A stretch of 63,842 nt of DNA, filler included, from Octopus bimaculoides (GCF_001194135.2; 6 parts of 6 records of this genome joined end to end with filler, not necessarily neighbours in it), one strand, 5' to 3'. Shown: positions 27,264 through 38,800, counted from the whole stretch's first letter. The notes: generated by a model not told the origin, from the sequence alone. Numbers and translations are program-made.

Positions 27264-27720
27264 ATGCGCTGGAACAGCTAAGTGCCCTCACGAACCTCAC
27301 CAGTTACCTCTGCAAGGCGAGTTGCCAGTGAAGGTAGGAATCTCGCAGTTAGTGGTCCGACCCCACCAAACGTCTCGAACGCCACAGGATGGAAGATGTA
27401 GTTGGCTGACAGATCGCGGTATTTCAGGATTTTGTTCCGCTCGGCCGCAGAAGCTGTGGATCTCGCCCTGACCGCAGCATCCAGGATGTGAGAAGAAGTA
27501 AAGGAATCGCTAACTGTGACATCCCAGAAAAGCCATCTGCCTTGCGACCAGAGGCACAAGGTAAGGCTGTCAGGTCTCTTCCCTGGACAATCCAGATGGT
27601 TCCAAAATGGAGGGGATGTTTGCCCGGGCCAAGATCCTCTTGAGTATCAGGTTCAACTCCGTATGACAAGCGAAGCGACCTGCATTCAGGCCGCAAAAGA
27701 GGCCATGGAGGCCTTAGAGT
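27260..27720 (-). mobile_element. CRE-clade (R2-superfamily) non-LTR retrotransposon C-terminal Zn-knuckle and restriction-like endonuclease fragment
   Basis: Two frames join to give LHGLFCGLNAGRFACHTELNLILKRILARANIPSILEPSGLSRE-RPDSLTLCLWSQGRWLFWDVT...AERNKILKYRDLSANYIFHPVAFETFG...LFQRIS. Confidence 0.85.
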
Positions 27721-27869
27721 GAGGAGCCTTCCACAACGACAGATATTTATGAAAAGTAGATGACAAAGGAATAAACAATTATCTTATGAACCTTATTAGC
27801 TTACAACCGTTTCCGTTATTGAATGCGGTGGACTCATAACTAAGTATGTGAGTAACACCATATACTCGA

Positions 27870-29044
27870 CTAACGTTTCGTTCAGACGCATAAGCCAGGG
27901 AACTCCATCAGATCACAACTATGTAGGACGTACCCCTTTGAGAATACCATATGCATCAATGATAACTGCATGGTATGTAGGATTAACCCTGGCATTAACT
28001 GTAGGACTAGAAATGTAGTATACAGCATAAGATGCATATAAGGTGCTTGTAAAGACATGAACATGACATACACAGGAGAGACATCTAGGAGCATTGCGGA
28101 AAGACTAAATGAACATTTGAGACAATATGACGACAAAAAACAGTCTTCCAAACTCTACCAATATGCCAAGGACAAACATGGAGGCAACCTGGGTTAACTT
28201 GACATCCGAATTTTATCCAACCATCCAAAGGATCCAACCCTCAGACAAATACAGGAGTACGTCCTCATGAATGAAACATCCCCAATACTAAATAGGAAAT
28301 ATACATAATAGGTAATCATACCCACATACCCAGAGTTTATATTTATATACAGGTAGAATAGTTAGTGGGCTGTTATGTAGATGTATGTATGTGTGTGTGT
28401 ATATATGTATATGCGCATGTATGTAAGCAAATGGATATGAAAGTAAACAGATAGACAAACTGACGGATAGGTACATAAGTAATATGAACAGACAGGCACA
28501 CATACACACACACACGCAAATGAAGACTGAAACACACATATACACACACACTTCACACAAGGGCACATATGGAGACACACGTCCACACATATGGAGATAT
28601 ACATCAATATATACAGACACAGTACATAGTCACAAAAACCCATACACACACACACACACTCAGACATGCACACACAAGGAGACAGAGGTACACAAACACA
28701 TGCAAACACACACAGACATAAAAACACACAAACACATGAATAAGCAGAATGCATACATACCAACGTATATGCATGCATATATACATACGCACATACATAC
28801 ATACATGCATACAAGCATACAGACACACATGTGTATGTGCACACACACACTGACCCATACTCATGCGCACAAACAAACAAAAAGGAACGCAGCTTGGATA
28901 ACGGACAGAGTCAACAGCTATTGAGAAGGTTGCAAGACTCATCGAAAATTTTAGAAAAATAAATAAGTAAATAAGTGGAAATTTTACCGGGGAGTGTGTT
29001 AAATTATAAGGCATTAAAAAAGAATGACTCTCCCCTGACACAAC
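27870..29044 (+). mobile_element. Repeat family Y: Penelope-type GIY-YIG remnant (about 27870-28310), degenerate CA/TA tract, conserved 3' unit
   Basis: INCRTRNVVYSIRC...YTGETSRSIAERLNEH...ILNRK; collinear with the reverse complement of 39297-40290. Confidence 0.8.
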
Positions 29045-30104
29045 NNNNNNNNNNNNNNNNNNNNNNNNNNNNNNNNNNNNNNNNNNNNNNNNNNNNNNNN
29101 NNNNNNNNNNNNNNNNNNNNNNNNNNNNNNNNNNNNNNNNNNNNNNNNNNNNNNNNNNNNNNNNNNNNNNNNNNNNNNNNNNNNNNNNNNNNNNNNNNNN
29201 NNNNNNNNNNNNNNNNNNNNNNNNNNNNNNNNNNNNNNNNNNNNNNNNNNNNNNNNNNNNNNNNNNNNNNNNNNNNNNNNNNNNNNNNNNNNNNNNNNNN
29301 NNNNNNNNNNNNNNNNNNNNNNNNNNNNNNNNNNNNNNNNNNNNNNNNNNNNNNNNNNNNNNNNNNNNNNNNNNNNNNNNNNNNNNNNNNNNNNNNNNNN
29401 NNNNNNNNNNNNNNNNNNNNNNNNNNNNNNNNNNNNNNNNNNNNNNNNNNNNNNNNNNNNNNNNNNNNNNNNNNNNNNNNNNNNNNNNNNNNNNNNNNNN
29501 NNNNNNNNNNNNNNNNNNNNNNNNNNNNNNNNNNNNNNNNNNNNNNNNNNNNNNNNNNNNNNNNNNNNNNNNNNNNNNNNNNNNNNNNNNNNNNNNNNNN
29601 NNNNNNNNNNNNNNNNNNNNNNNNNNNNNNNNNNNNNNNNNNNNNNNNNNNNNNNNNNNNNNNNNNNNNNNNNNNNNNNNNNNNNNNNNNNNNNNNNNNN
29701 NNNNNNNNNNNNNNNNNNNNNNNNNNNNNNNNNNNNNNNNNNNNNNNNNNNNNNNNNNNNNNNNNNNNNNNNNNNNNNNNNNNNNNNNNNNNNNNNNNNN
29801 NNNNNNNNNNNNNNNNNNNNNNNNNNNNNNNNNNNNNNNNNNNNNNNNNNNNNGTTATAAAGAATTTTGTGGAGAAAATCTAGGGGTGGGGAGAATACTC
29901 TCGGAAAATTCACAAGATCCGATTTTTTTCCTCGTAACTTTAAGGAAAATGGTTATCTTTTAATGATATTGTATATGTATACCTTTCAAACGGCATGCAT
30001 TACAGATGCTTAGTGTGCCGGGGAGGGAAAAACCAGAATTATTGGAAAATGTTTTTCATTTTTTCGATGAATGAATTACGCTGACCAAATATGCCACAAT
30101 CTGC

Positions 30105-30515
30105 TGATTGACAGGTGACGGTCTCGGTTAGAGCATGCGTGGGCTAAGATTACGCGCCCTCTATTATCAGTTAAAGTTTAGACAGTGTCACGTGACAACT
30201 TGCTGGGCAGCTTGCTGGAGCCTAGCAGCGGGAAGCTTAGACAGTGTCATGTGACAACTTGCTGGGGCTGCCTACTGGACCCTAGCAGTGGNNNNNNNNN
30301 NGGCTGCCTACTGGACCCTAGCAGTGGGAAATTTAGACAGTGTCATGTGACAACTTGTTGGGGCAGCCTGCTGGAGCCTAGCAGCAGGTATAAAAAGGGG
30401 AATTAGACAAGACAGTCATGCGGACGCTGACACTCGTTGATGCTGCATCAACGAAACATGGTTGAAATTCCCCAATCTGCAATCTGGGCTTAATATATCC
30501 AGTGATTTTTAAGAG
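30105..30515 (+). promoter_or_regulatory. Candidate Pol II promoter or LTR-U3 with a short first exon
   Basis: TGATTGACAG at 30105-30114, repeated E-boxes, TATAAAAA at 30389-30396, donor-like AG|GTATGT at 30515/30516. Confidence 0.4.
30178..30387 (+). repeat. 59-60-bp tandem repeat carrying a GTCA(C/T)GTGAC palindrome
   Basis: Units start ttagacagtgtca at 30178, 30237 and 30333. A 10-N gap hides the true copy number. Confidence 0.95.
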
Positions 30516-30764
30516 GTATGTAAAAAATATTTTGTTTCAATATTATACTTTTACTTGTTTCACACACACACACACAAACACTAACGTGGCTTTTATAAGG
30601 ATTTTGTCTCATCCTTTGTCCAGACTTCGTTACCACTAATTTTTATAACTTCAGCATTTTCACTTATTATTCTTTTCAAACTTGTTTGAATTTTCAATCT
30701 ATTGTAATCCACACTCTAGAAAATGTATTTCTGGAAAATGTTATCTTAAAATATACTCTTTTAC

Positions 30765-30990
30765 TCTTTTACTTGTTTCAGTCATTTGACTCTGGCCATG
30801 CTGGAGCACCGCCTTTAGTCGTGCAAATCGACCCCAGGACTTATTCTTTGGAAGTCTAGTACTTATTCTATCGATCTCTTTTGCCGAACCGCTAAGTTAC
30901 GGGGACGTAAACACACCAGCATCGGTTGTCAAGCGATGTTGGGGGGAGGAACAAACACAGACACACAAACATATACACACACATGCATAC
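30765..30990 (-). mobile_element. SINE family 1, 3' module
   Basis: cttttacttgtttcagtcatttga...ccgctaagttacggggacgtaaacacacc; runs into a gap. Confidence 0.85.
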
Positions 30991-32376
30991 ATATATNNNN
31001 NNNNNNNNNNNNNNNNNNNNNNNNNNNNNNNNNNNNNNNNNNNNNNNNNNNNNNNNNNNNNNNNNNNNNNNNNNNNNNNNNNNNNNNNNNNNNNNNNNNN
31101 NNNNNNNNNNNNNNNNNNNNNNNNNNNNNNNNNNNNNNNNNNNNNNNNNNNNNNNNNNNNNNNNNNNNNNNNNNNNNNNNNNNNNNNNNNNNNNNNNNNN
31201 NNNNNNNNNNNNNNNNNNNNNNNNNNNNNNNNNNNNNNNNNNNNNNNNNNNNNNNNNNNNNNNNNNNNNNNNNNNNNNNNNNNNNNNNNNNNNNNNNNNN
31301 NNNNNNNNNNNNNNNNNNNNNNNNNNNNNNNNNNNNNNNNNNNNNNNNNNNNNNNNNNNNNNNNNNNNNNNNNNNNNNNNNNNNNNNNNNNNNNNNNNNN
31401 NNNNNNNNNNNNNNNNNNNNNNNNNNNNNNNNNNNNNNNNNNNNNNNNNNNNNNNNNNNNNNNNNNNNNNNNNNNNNNNNNNNNNNNNNNNNNNNNNNNN
31501 NNNNNNNNNNNNNNNNNNNNNNNNNNNNNNNNNNNNNNNNNNNNNNNNNNNNNNNNNNNNNNNNNNNNNNNNNNNNNNNNNNNNNNNNNNNNNNNNNNNN
31601 NNNNNNNNNNNNNNNNNNNNNNNNNNNNNNNNNNNNNNNNNNNNNNNNNNNNNNNNNNNNNNNNNNNNNNNNNNNNNNNNNNNNNNNNNNNNNNNNNNNN
31701 NNNNNNNNNNNNNNNNNNNNNNNNNNNNNNNNNNNNNNNNNNNNNNNNNNNNNNNNNNNNNNNNNNNNNNNNNNNNNNNNNNNNNNNNNNNNNNNNNNNN
31801 NNNNNNNNNNNNNNNNNNNNNNNNNNNNNNNNNNNNNNNNNNNNNNNNNNNNNNNNNNNNNNNNNNNNNNNNNNNNNNNNNNNCGTTGCTTTCTGCACAT
31901 TTTTGTTTTCATATTCGTTTCCTACACATTTTTTTAAAAACCCGTTACACTATTTTTATTTTTTAATTTTTTTTTTCGTTTCTGGCTGAGACACTCAGAG
32001 GGAAAACGAATAGTGGTTGTTTTATGTTTCGAGCCAAGCTCTTCTTCGGAAACAGGAGACATAGGAGAGTCCAAAAGAAAAGGAAGAAAGAGGGGGGAAA
32101 TCACCAACAGTCCACGTGTAATTACATTTTTGAAATGACCGGAAGTAGATGGACAAAAAGGAAGTGCTTTCTGGGACAGGAGAGTGAAGAACGGTTGGTA
32201 TATGTGTGTAAGTGAGTGTATGTCGTGGTATGTGTATGTGTGTGTGATTACGTGTGTGTATGCGTGTGGTGGTGGTGGCATGTGTGTGTGTGTGTGTAGT
32301 ATCAACTGTTTACATGTGTTTGTATGAGTGGTCTGTGTGTGTTTGGTGGCAGGTGTGTGTATGGGTGGTTGTGATA

Positions 32377-32408
<32 letters not shown>

Positions 32409-32821
32409 TTGTACGTATGCGTAGATGGGATGGTCAATAGTGAGTCGGGACAGTTTGAAGGGTCTCTGAGAGGCAGTCTGAAGGGTGTGTGAATGGATGT
32501 GTGTGTGTGCGTTGGTATGTGTACGCAGACGGAGTGGGAATGTGTGTGTGAACATGTATATGGGTGCGTGTGTTTGTCCCGCTCTCTCTCTCTCTGCATA
32601 TATATGTTTGTGTGTGGAGCGTTGTATATACGTTCGTGTGTGTACGCACACACATTCTATAACTTATTTCCCTCCTTGAGCGTCAATTTCACTCGAACTT
32701 TCTGTTATTTGCTTTGCTATATATACGCATATTCAAACTTATCTTTGAGTGCTTTATTATAAGTGGCCGGGCATAGTTTGAACTTGTGTCACTCCCAGGA
32801 AACAATATATATATATATATA

Positions 32822-33150
32822 TGGGCAAGTGTCTTTTACTATAGCCTCGGGCCGACCAAAGTGGATTTGGTAAGACGGAAACTGAAAGAAGCCTGTCGTA
32901 TATATGTATATATATATATATGTATGTGTTCGTGTGTCTGTGTTTGTCCCTCCAACATCGCTTGACAACCGATGGTGGTGTATTTAGGTCCCCGTAACTT
33001 AGCGGTTCGGCAAAATAGATCGATAGAATAAGTACTAGGCATCCAAAGAATAAGTCCTGGGGGTCGATTTTCTCGACTAAAGGCGGTGCTCCAGCATGGC
33101 CGCAGTCTAATGACTGAAACAAGTAAAAGAGAAAAAGAGAGTATATATAT
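32822..33150 (+). mobile_element. SINE family 1, 5'-truncated
   Basis: gggcaagtgtcttttactatagcc...ccagcatggccgcagtc...gtaaaagag. Confidence 0.85.
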
Positions 33151-33326
33151 ATATATATATATATATATATNNNNNNNNNNNNNNNNNNNNNNNNNNNNNN
33201 NNNNNNNNNNNNNNTTAATTAATTAANNNNNNNNNNNNNNNNNNNNNNNNNNNNNNNNNNNNNNNNNNNNGTAAAACAACAAAAAACAAATGTCTTTCTT
33301 TATATCTGAATTGTGTGTGTGTGTGT

Positions 33327-33396
<70 letters not shown>

Positions 33397-33576
33397 TCTT
33401 TTATCCTTTCATTTGTTTCAGTCATTTGACTGCGGCCATGCTGAAGCATCGCCTTTAGTCGAACTAATCAACCCCAGGACTTATTCTTTGTAAGACTAGT
33501 ACTTATTCTATCGGTTTGTTTTGCTGAACCGCTATGTTACGGGGACGTAAACACACCAACGTCGGTGATAGGGGGA

Positions 33577-33621
<45 letters not shown>

Positions 33622-33653
33622 GTATGTATATATATACACACACATATATATAT

Positions 33654-34300
33654 GGCTGTGTGGTAAGTAGCTTGCTTACCAACCACATGGTTCCGGGTTC
33701 AGTCCTACTGCGTGGCGCCTTGGGCAAGTGTCTTCTACTATAGCCTCGGGCCGACCAAAGCCTTGTGAGTAGATTTGGTAGACGGAAACTGACTGAAAGA
33801 AGACCGTCGTATATATGTATATANNNNNNNNNNNNNNNNNNNNNNNNNNNNNNNNNNNNNNNNNNNNNNNNNNNNNNNNNNNNNNNNNNNNNNNNNNNNN
33901 NNNNNNNNNNNNNNNNNNNNNNNNNNNNNNNNNNNNNNNNNNNNNNNNNNNNNNNNNNNNNNNNNNNNNNNNNNNNNNNNNNNNNNNNNNNNNNNNNNNN
34001 NNNNNNNNNNNNNNNNNNNNNNNNNNNNNNNNNNNNNNNNNNNNNNNNNNNNNNNNNNNNNNNNNNNNNNNNNNNNNNNNNNNNNNNNNNNNNNNNNNNN
34101 NNNNNNNNNNNNNNNNNNNNNNNNNNNNNNNNNNNNNNNNNNNNNNNNCCCCGTAACTTAGCGGTTTGGCAAAAACAGACCGATAGAATAAGTGCTAGGC
34201 TTACAAAGAATAAGTCCTGGATTCGATTTTCTCGACTAAAGGCGGTGCTCCAGCATGGCCGCAGTCAAATAACTGAAACAAGTAAAAGAGTAAAAGAGTA
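33654..34300 (+). mobile_element. SINE family 1 copy nested in the microsatellite of another copy
   Basis: Head ggctgtgtggtaagtagcttgc at 33654, an N gap, then the 3' module at 34149-34300. Confidence 0.8.
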
Positions 34301-34451
34301 TATATACAACGGGCTTCTTGCAGTTTGTTTCCGTGTAACAAATCCTCTCACAAGGCTTTGGCTGACCCGAGGCTATAGAAGAAGACACTTGCTCAAGGTG
34401 CCACGCAGTGGGACTGAAGCCGGAAACATGCGATTGGGAGGCAAGCTTCTT

Positions 34452-36215
34452 TATTTCATGAAATGTGCCATAAAGGCCGTACATAGAGGAGACAGCACAA
34501 GGTGAGGGAAAAAACAACAACAAAAAGAAAACAAAACGAATGAAAAAAGATGAATTTAATATAATGAAAAAATGGAATGAATCCGTTCGGCTCCACCTCC
34601 GAGCGACTTCACTGAACCTGTTAATACAACGTTTTTTAAAATACTAGTTATTAACAATCATTAGCGACAGCTAATTATCATTCTTCCGAAGGTTGGTTAC
34701 ATTATGCTTCTTTAAAATATCATATGCACTTACGTGTTCAGGCATTGAGCTGGTGTCCAATTTCTTGACCCAGCGCTCACAGTTATGGTTTTCCTCAAAG
34801 TCCTTTAATCTAGAAATGTATGCTGGGTCTACCACTTGCACAACGAAGGTACTCGGGGCATCCCTTTTACTCCTGGTACATCCACCTTTATGATACTGTC
34901 CCACGAGTCTATTTCGTTATACACTTCTTCATTGTCTCCACTGTACATCATGACATATTTCTCCAAGGGCGAGGGTGGGAAAATTTGGGGCTCCTGTGTA
35001 TTTGTGCTTGCGTTTATGTCAAGTAGGGTATGGAGAGGGCTGGTGTCTGTAGGGAGTGGTGGGATAAAGTGAGTGTCGGCGGGAGATGGGTGGGTGTGGG
35101 ATGGGGGTCATCCTTTACAGTGTGTACCTTTTTTTTCCTCTTCTCTTTTACCCAGCTGTTTCTCATTCGTTGTCTATTTTTTCTTCGACGCTGGTGCTGG
35201 TCTTTATCTGTGGTGCCGCTTCACTCTCCTTTTCCTCAACCTCCACGGGTCATGGTGCACCAGCCACTTTCTCATTCTCTTGTCTCTCCTTAGCCTTCTC
35301 AAGTGGTGATGGACAATCCGCTCTAATGTGGTCTTTTAGACCACATTTATAGCACCACGGAATCCTCCCTTCCGCTCTAGCATTCAGTGTTGCCTCTCCG
35401 ACTGCAATGGTTCCGACCATCCTTTCAATATCTTCCTCCGCAACTTGCACCACCATATCAAGGCTTTGTCCTTGCCAGTTCCTATGGGATGTTCTGGTGG
35501 CCTGGAGGACCAGTACCTTTTCTTCCAAGCCTAGCAGTATGGCAGCCACCAGCCAGGCTACTTCCACTTCTGGGGGTATTTCCTATACCCTAACCCGTGA
35601 GGCACGTATCCCAAGGTATACGGGTAGAAGAACCACTTCATCAGCTCTCAGCGGTGTTGCTGAGTACAGTCTGGCATTAGCTACCTCTCTGAACTGCACC
35701 TCCACCGTTCCAAACTTTTTTCATCTGGCAAGGAAGGAAATCCCTTGTCAGATTGGTCTAAGTGTCTTTTCTATTCGAGCTGTTCTCGATCTTCCTGGCT
35801 GCCACCAAGTATGTTCTGTAAATTATTGTCCTCTCACCTGCTTCCTTTAAAACTTCTCTGAGGAGGAACACCTTCACTTCGGTCCGCTTCCTTTTAAGCA
35901 TTAAAAAAAGAAAAAAAAACTTAAATCATCCAGACTTACGTCTTCACTCTTTTCTTCTGCGGCGGCAGCATAACTTCTTGCTTCCATTTCTTGTCAATTC
36001 TTTTTAAACACTCCGCCATCATCTTCTCTTCAGACGACGCAAAGTCCGAAGAAGGGTAGTTTACAAAGTCTCTAAACAATTCAGGCCTTCATAGCTCCTC
36101 ACCCGATGCCCCACCATTAAGCAAGAGGGAAAACGTCGCACCGCCAAGACAACCAAAAAACACGTGTGTTATTCACAAAGACCGCAGTCGAACCAAACAA
36201 AGCGCTATACCCGAA
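34452..36215 (-). mobile_element. ORF1-only L1/Tx1-derived non-autonomous retroelement (HAL1-like), about 1.76 kb
   Basis: TSD gcaagcttctt at 34441-34451 and 36216-36226. Decayed ORF1 at about 35987-34671 (MEARSYAAAA...; CYKCGLKDHIRADC knuckle). No ORF2. 3' tail resembles the LINE tail at 52946-52989. Confidence 0.8.
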
Positions 36216-36284
36216 GCAAGCTTCTTACTACACAGCCACTCCTGTGCCAATATATATATATATGTATATATGTATGATATATAT

Positions 36285-36563
36285 TTGCTACTTGAATGTG
36301 GATAACCACTAAGGGTGGATGCTACTGTTGCTTGTAGCCCCGGGAGGACACCTCTTCCAGCTGGTTATTGACACGACGGGTAAATACCTAGAAACCCGAG
36401 TCCGTGCGTATTACGTCAGGTTGAAGATGGGAAGGATGGCTTCCCTTTGCAAATACTGATAGGGCACAGAAAGTGTGTCAATAGCCAGCTGGAGGAGGTG
36501 TCCTCCTGAGCTACAAGCTACAGTAGCATCCACCCTTAGTGGTAAGCCACATTTAAGTGGCAA
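36285..36563 (+). mobile_element. Fold-back element (about 90-bp arms) with a degenerate hammerhead in the spacer
   Basis: Arms 36285-36374 and 36475-36563. Spacer has cagg-TTGAAGA-t-gggaag..cttccc. Homologous to the minus strand of 41415-41832. Confidence 0.75.
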
Positions 36564-36905
36564 GTGTCTTCTACTATAGCTTCGGGCCGATGCTGGTGTG
36601 TTTGCGTCCCCGTAACTTAGCGGATAGGTAAAAAAGACCGATAGAATAAGTACTAAGCTTACAAAGAATAAGTTCTGTGGTCGATTTGCTTGACTAAAGG
36701 CAGTGCTCCAGCCTGACCACAGTCAAATGACTGAAACAAATACAAGAATATATATACGATGGACTTCTTCAAGTTTCCGTTCAATAAATCCGCCCACAAT
36801 GCTTGGTCGGCTCGAAACTGTGGTAGAAGACACTTACCCAAAGTGAAACACGGTGGCGTTGAGTTCGGAACCATGTGATTGTTAGGCAAGTTTCTTGCCA
36901 CATAT
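36560..36905. mobile_element. SINE family 1 pieces in opposite orientations
   Basis: Plus-strand core and 3' module at 36560-36760; minus-strand head and core at 36765-36905. Confidence 0.75.
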
Positions 36906-38142
36906 CCACGTCTACGCCACAAGCCACAAAGTTGTCAAGAATTCGTTTATTCTGTTCTAAATTTACGATCTCTTAGCACAACTGTGTGTGTATATGTGTG
37001 TGTGTGTGTGTATACATACACACACGCGCACACACACACACGCACACACACACACACACACGCACACACACACACACATATATATANNNNNNNNNNNNNN
37101 NNNNNNNNNNNNNNNNNNNNNNNNNNNNNNNNNNNNNNNNNNNNNNNNNNNNNNNNNNNNNNNNNNNNNNNNNNNNNNNNNNNNNNNNNNNNNNNNNNNN
37201 NNNNNNNNNNNNNNNNNNNNNNNNNNNNNNNNNNNNNNNNNNNNNNNNNNNNNNNNNNNNNNNNNNNNNNNNNNNNNNNNNNNNNNNNNNNNNNNNNNNN
37301 NNNNNNNNNNNNNNNNNNNNNNNNNNNNNNNNNNNNNNNNNNNNNNNNNNNNNNNNNNNNNNNNNNNNNNNNNNNNNNNNNNNNNNNNNNNNNNNNNNNN
37401 NNNNNNNNNNNNNNNNNNNNNNNNNNNNNNNNNNNNNNNNNNNNNNNNNNNNNNNNNNNNNNNNNNNNNNNNNNNNNNNNNNNNNNNNNNNNNNNNNNNN
37501 NNNNNNNNNNNNNNNNNNNNNNNNNNNNNNNNNNNNNNNNNNNNNNNNNNNNNNNNNNNNNNNNNNNNNNNNNNNNNNNNNNNNNNNNNNNNNNNNNNNN
37601 NNNNNNNNNNNNNNNNNNNNNNNNNNNNNNNNNNNNNNNNNNNNNNNNNNNNNNNNNNNNNNNNNNNNNNNNNNNNNNNNNNNNNNNNNNNNNNNNNNNN
37701 NNNNNNNNNNNNNNNNNNNNNNNNNNNNNNNNNNNNNNNNNNNNNNNNNNNNNNNNNNNNNNNNNNNNNNNNNNNNNNNNNNNNNNNNNNNNNNNNNNNN
37801 NNNNNNNNNNNNNNNNNNNNNNNNNNNNNNNNNNNNNNNNNNNNNNNNNNNNNNNNNNNNNNNNNNNNNNNNNNNNNNNNNNNNNNNNNNNNNNNNNNNN
37901 NNNNNNNNNNNNNNNNNNNNNNNNNNNNNNNNNNNNNNNNNNNNNNNNNNNNNNNNNNNNNNNNNNNNNNNNNNNNNNNNNNNNNNNNNNNNNNNNNNNN
38001 NNNNNNNNNNNNNNNNNNNNNNNNNNNNNNNNNNNNNNNNNNNNNNNNNNNNNNNNNNNNNNNNNNNNNNNNNNNNNNNNNNTATATATAGAGAGAGAGG
38101 GGGGGAGGAAGATAGTTATATTTTTGTATATCTATATGTAAC

Positions 38143-38185
<43 letters not shown>

Positions 38186-38289
38186 ATCTCTTCCTGCACT
38201 CATTCCTTCCTTCATTCCTTTCTTCATTTATTCATCCGCTCGTTCCTTCCTCCCTTCAGACATCGATCGAGCAACCTTAAAGAATCTTT

Positions 38290-38800
38290 ATTACATATTG
38301 GCACGTGTTATGCACGGCGCGAAAGGGGTTGGCGACGAGGGTGAACGTGTGCGGCAGCGACGCGAACGATTTGATGATGTTGTTCCTCATTGAAGTTGTT
38401 GTTGCTGCTGCTGCTGCTGCTGCTGTTGTTGTTGTTGTTGTTGTTGTTTTGATCATTCAGCCATGCGTGAAGTTATGCTATCTCTTCTCTTGTTAAGCCT
38501 TCACCTAAACAACCCCAGCCAAACACGTAACCAAGCAGCCGCCGCCGCCTCCCACGACCGCGACCGCCACCACCTCCATCGCCGTTCCTCAAACGTTCGT
38601 TGCGTTTTAAAGAGGAATCTTGGCAGAGTGAAAAGGCGGATAGAAAAAATGTGATTATTGCGTTATTACGGTGAGTGGGAGGCGGCGATGTGTGCAAGTA
38701 TGGTAGGAAGAGAGCTGCGGCGTAGCGCGGTGTAATGCGGTGTTGTGTGGCGTAGTGCGGCGCAGTTTATCGAGAGAGCAGCGGAGTGAGAAGTGGGTGG
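38290..38800. promoter_or_regulatory. CpG/GC-rich non-repeat island with (GCT)n(GTT)n
   Basis: Dense CG dinucleotides and GCC/CGC runs, unlike the AT-rich flanks; no recognisable TE motif. Confidence 0.4.

Larger units (their letters stand above)
33395..36248 (-). mobile_element. SINE family 1 copy split by two nested insertions
   Basis: 3' module at 33395-33600, middle at 34310-34451, head at 36216-36248; interrupted by a plus-strand SINE1 and by the ORF1-only element. Confidence 0.7.

Noticed and set aside
30178-30387. Tandem repeat as a CRISPR array
   Set aside because: The units are contiguous near-identical repeats without unique spacers, there are no cas genes, and the context is eukaryotic.
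30427-30465. Hammerhead at ctgacactc-gttgatg..catcaac-GAAAC
   Set aside because: The 5' core is CTGACACTC rather than CUGANGA, and there is no stem I/III or NUH site.
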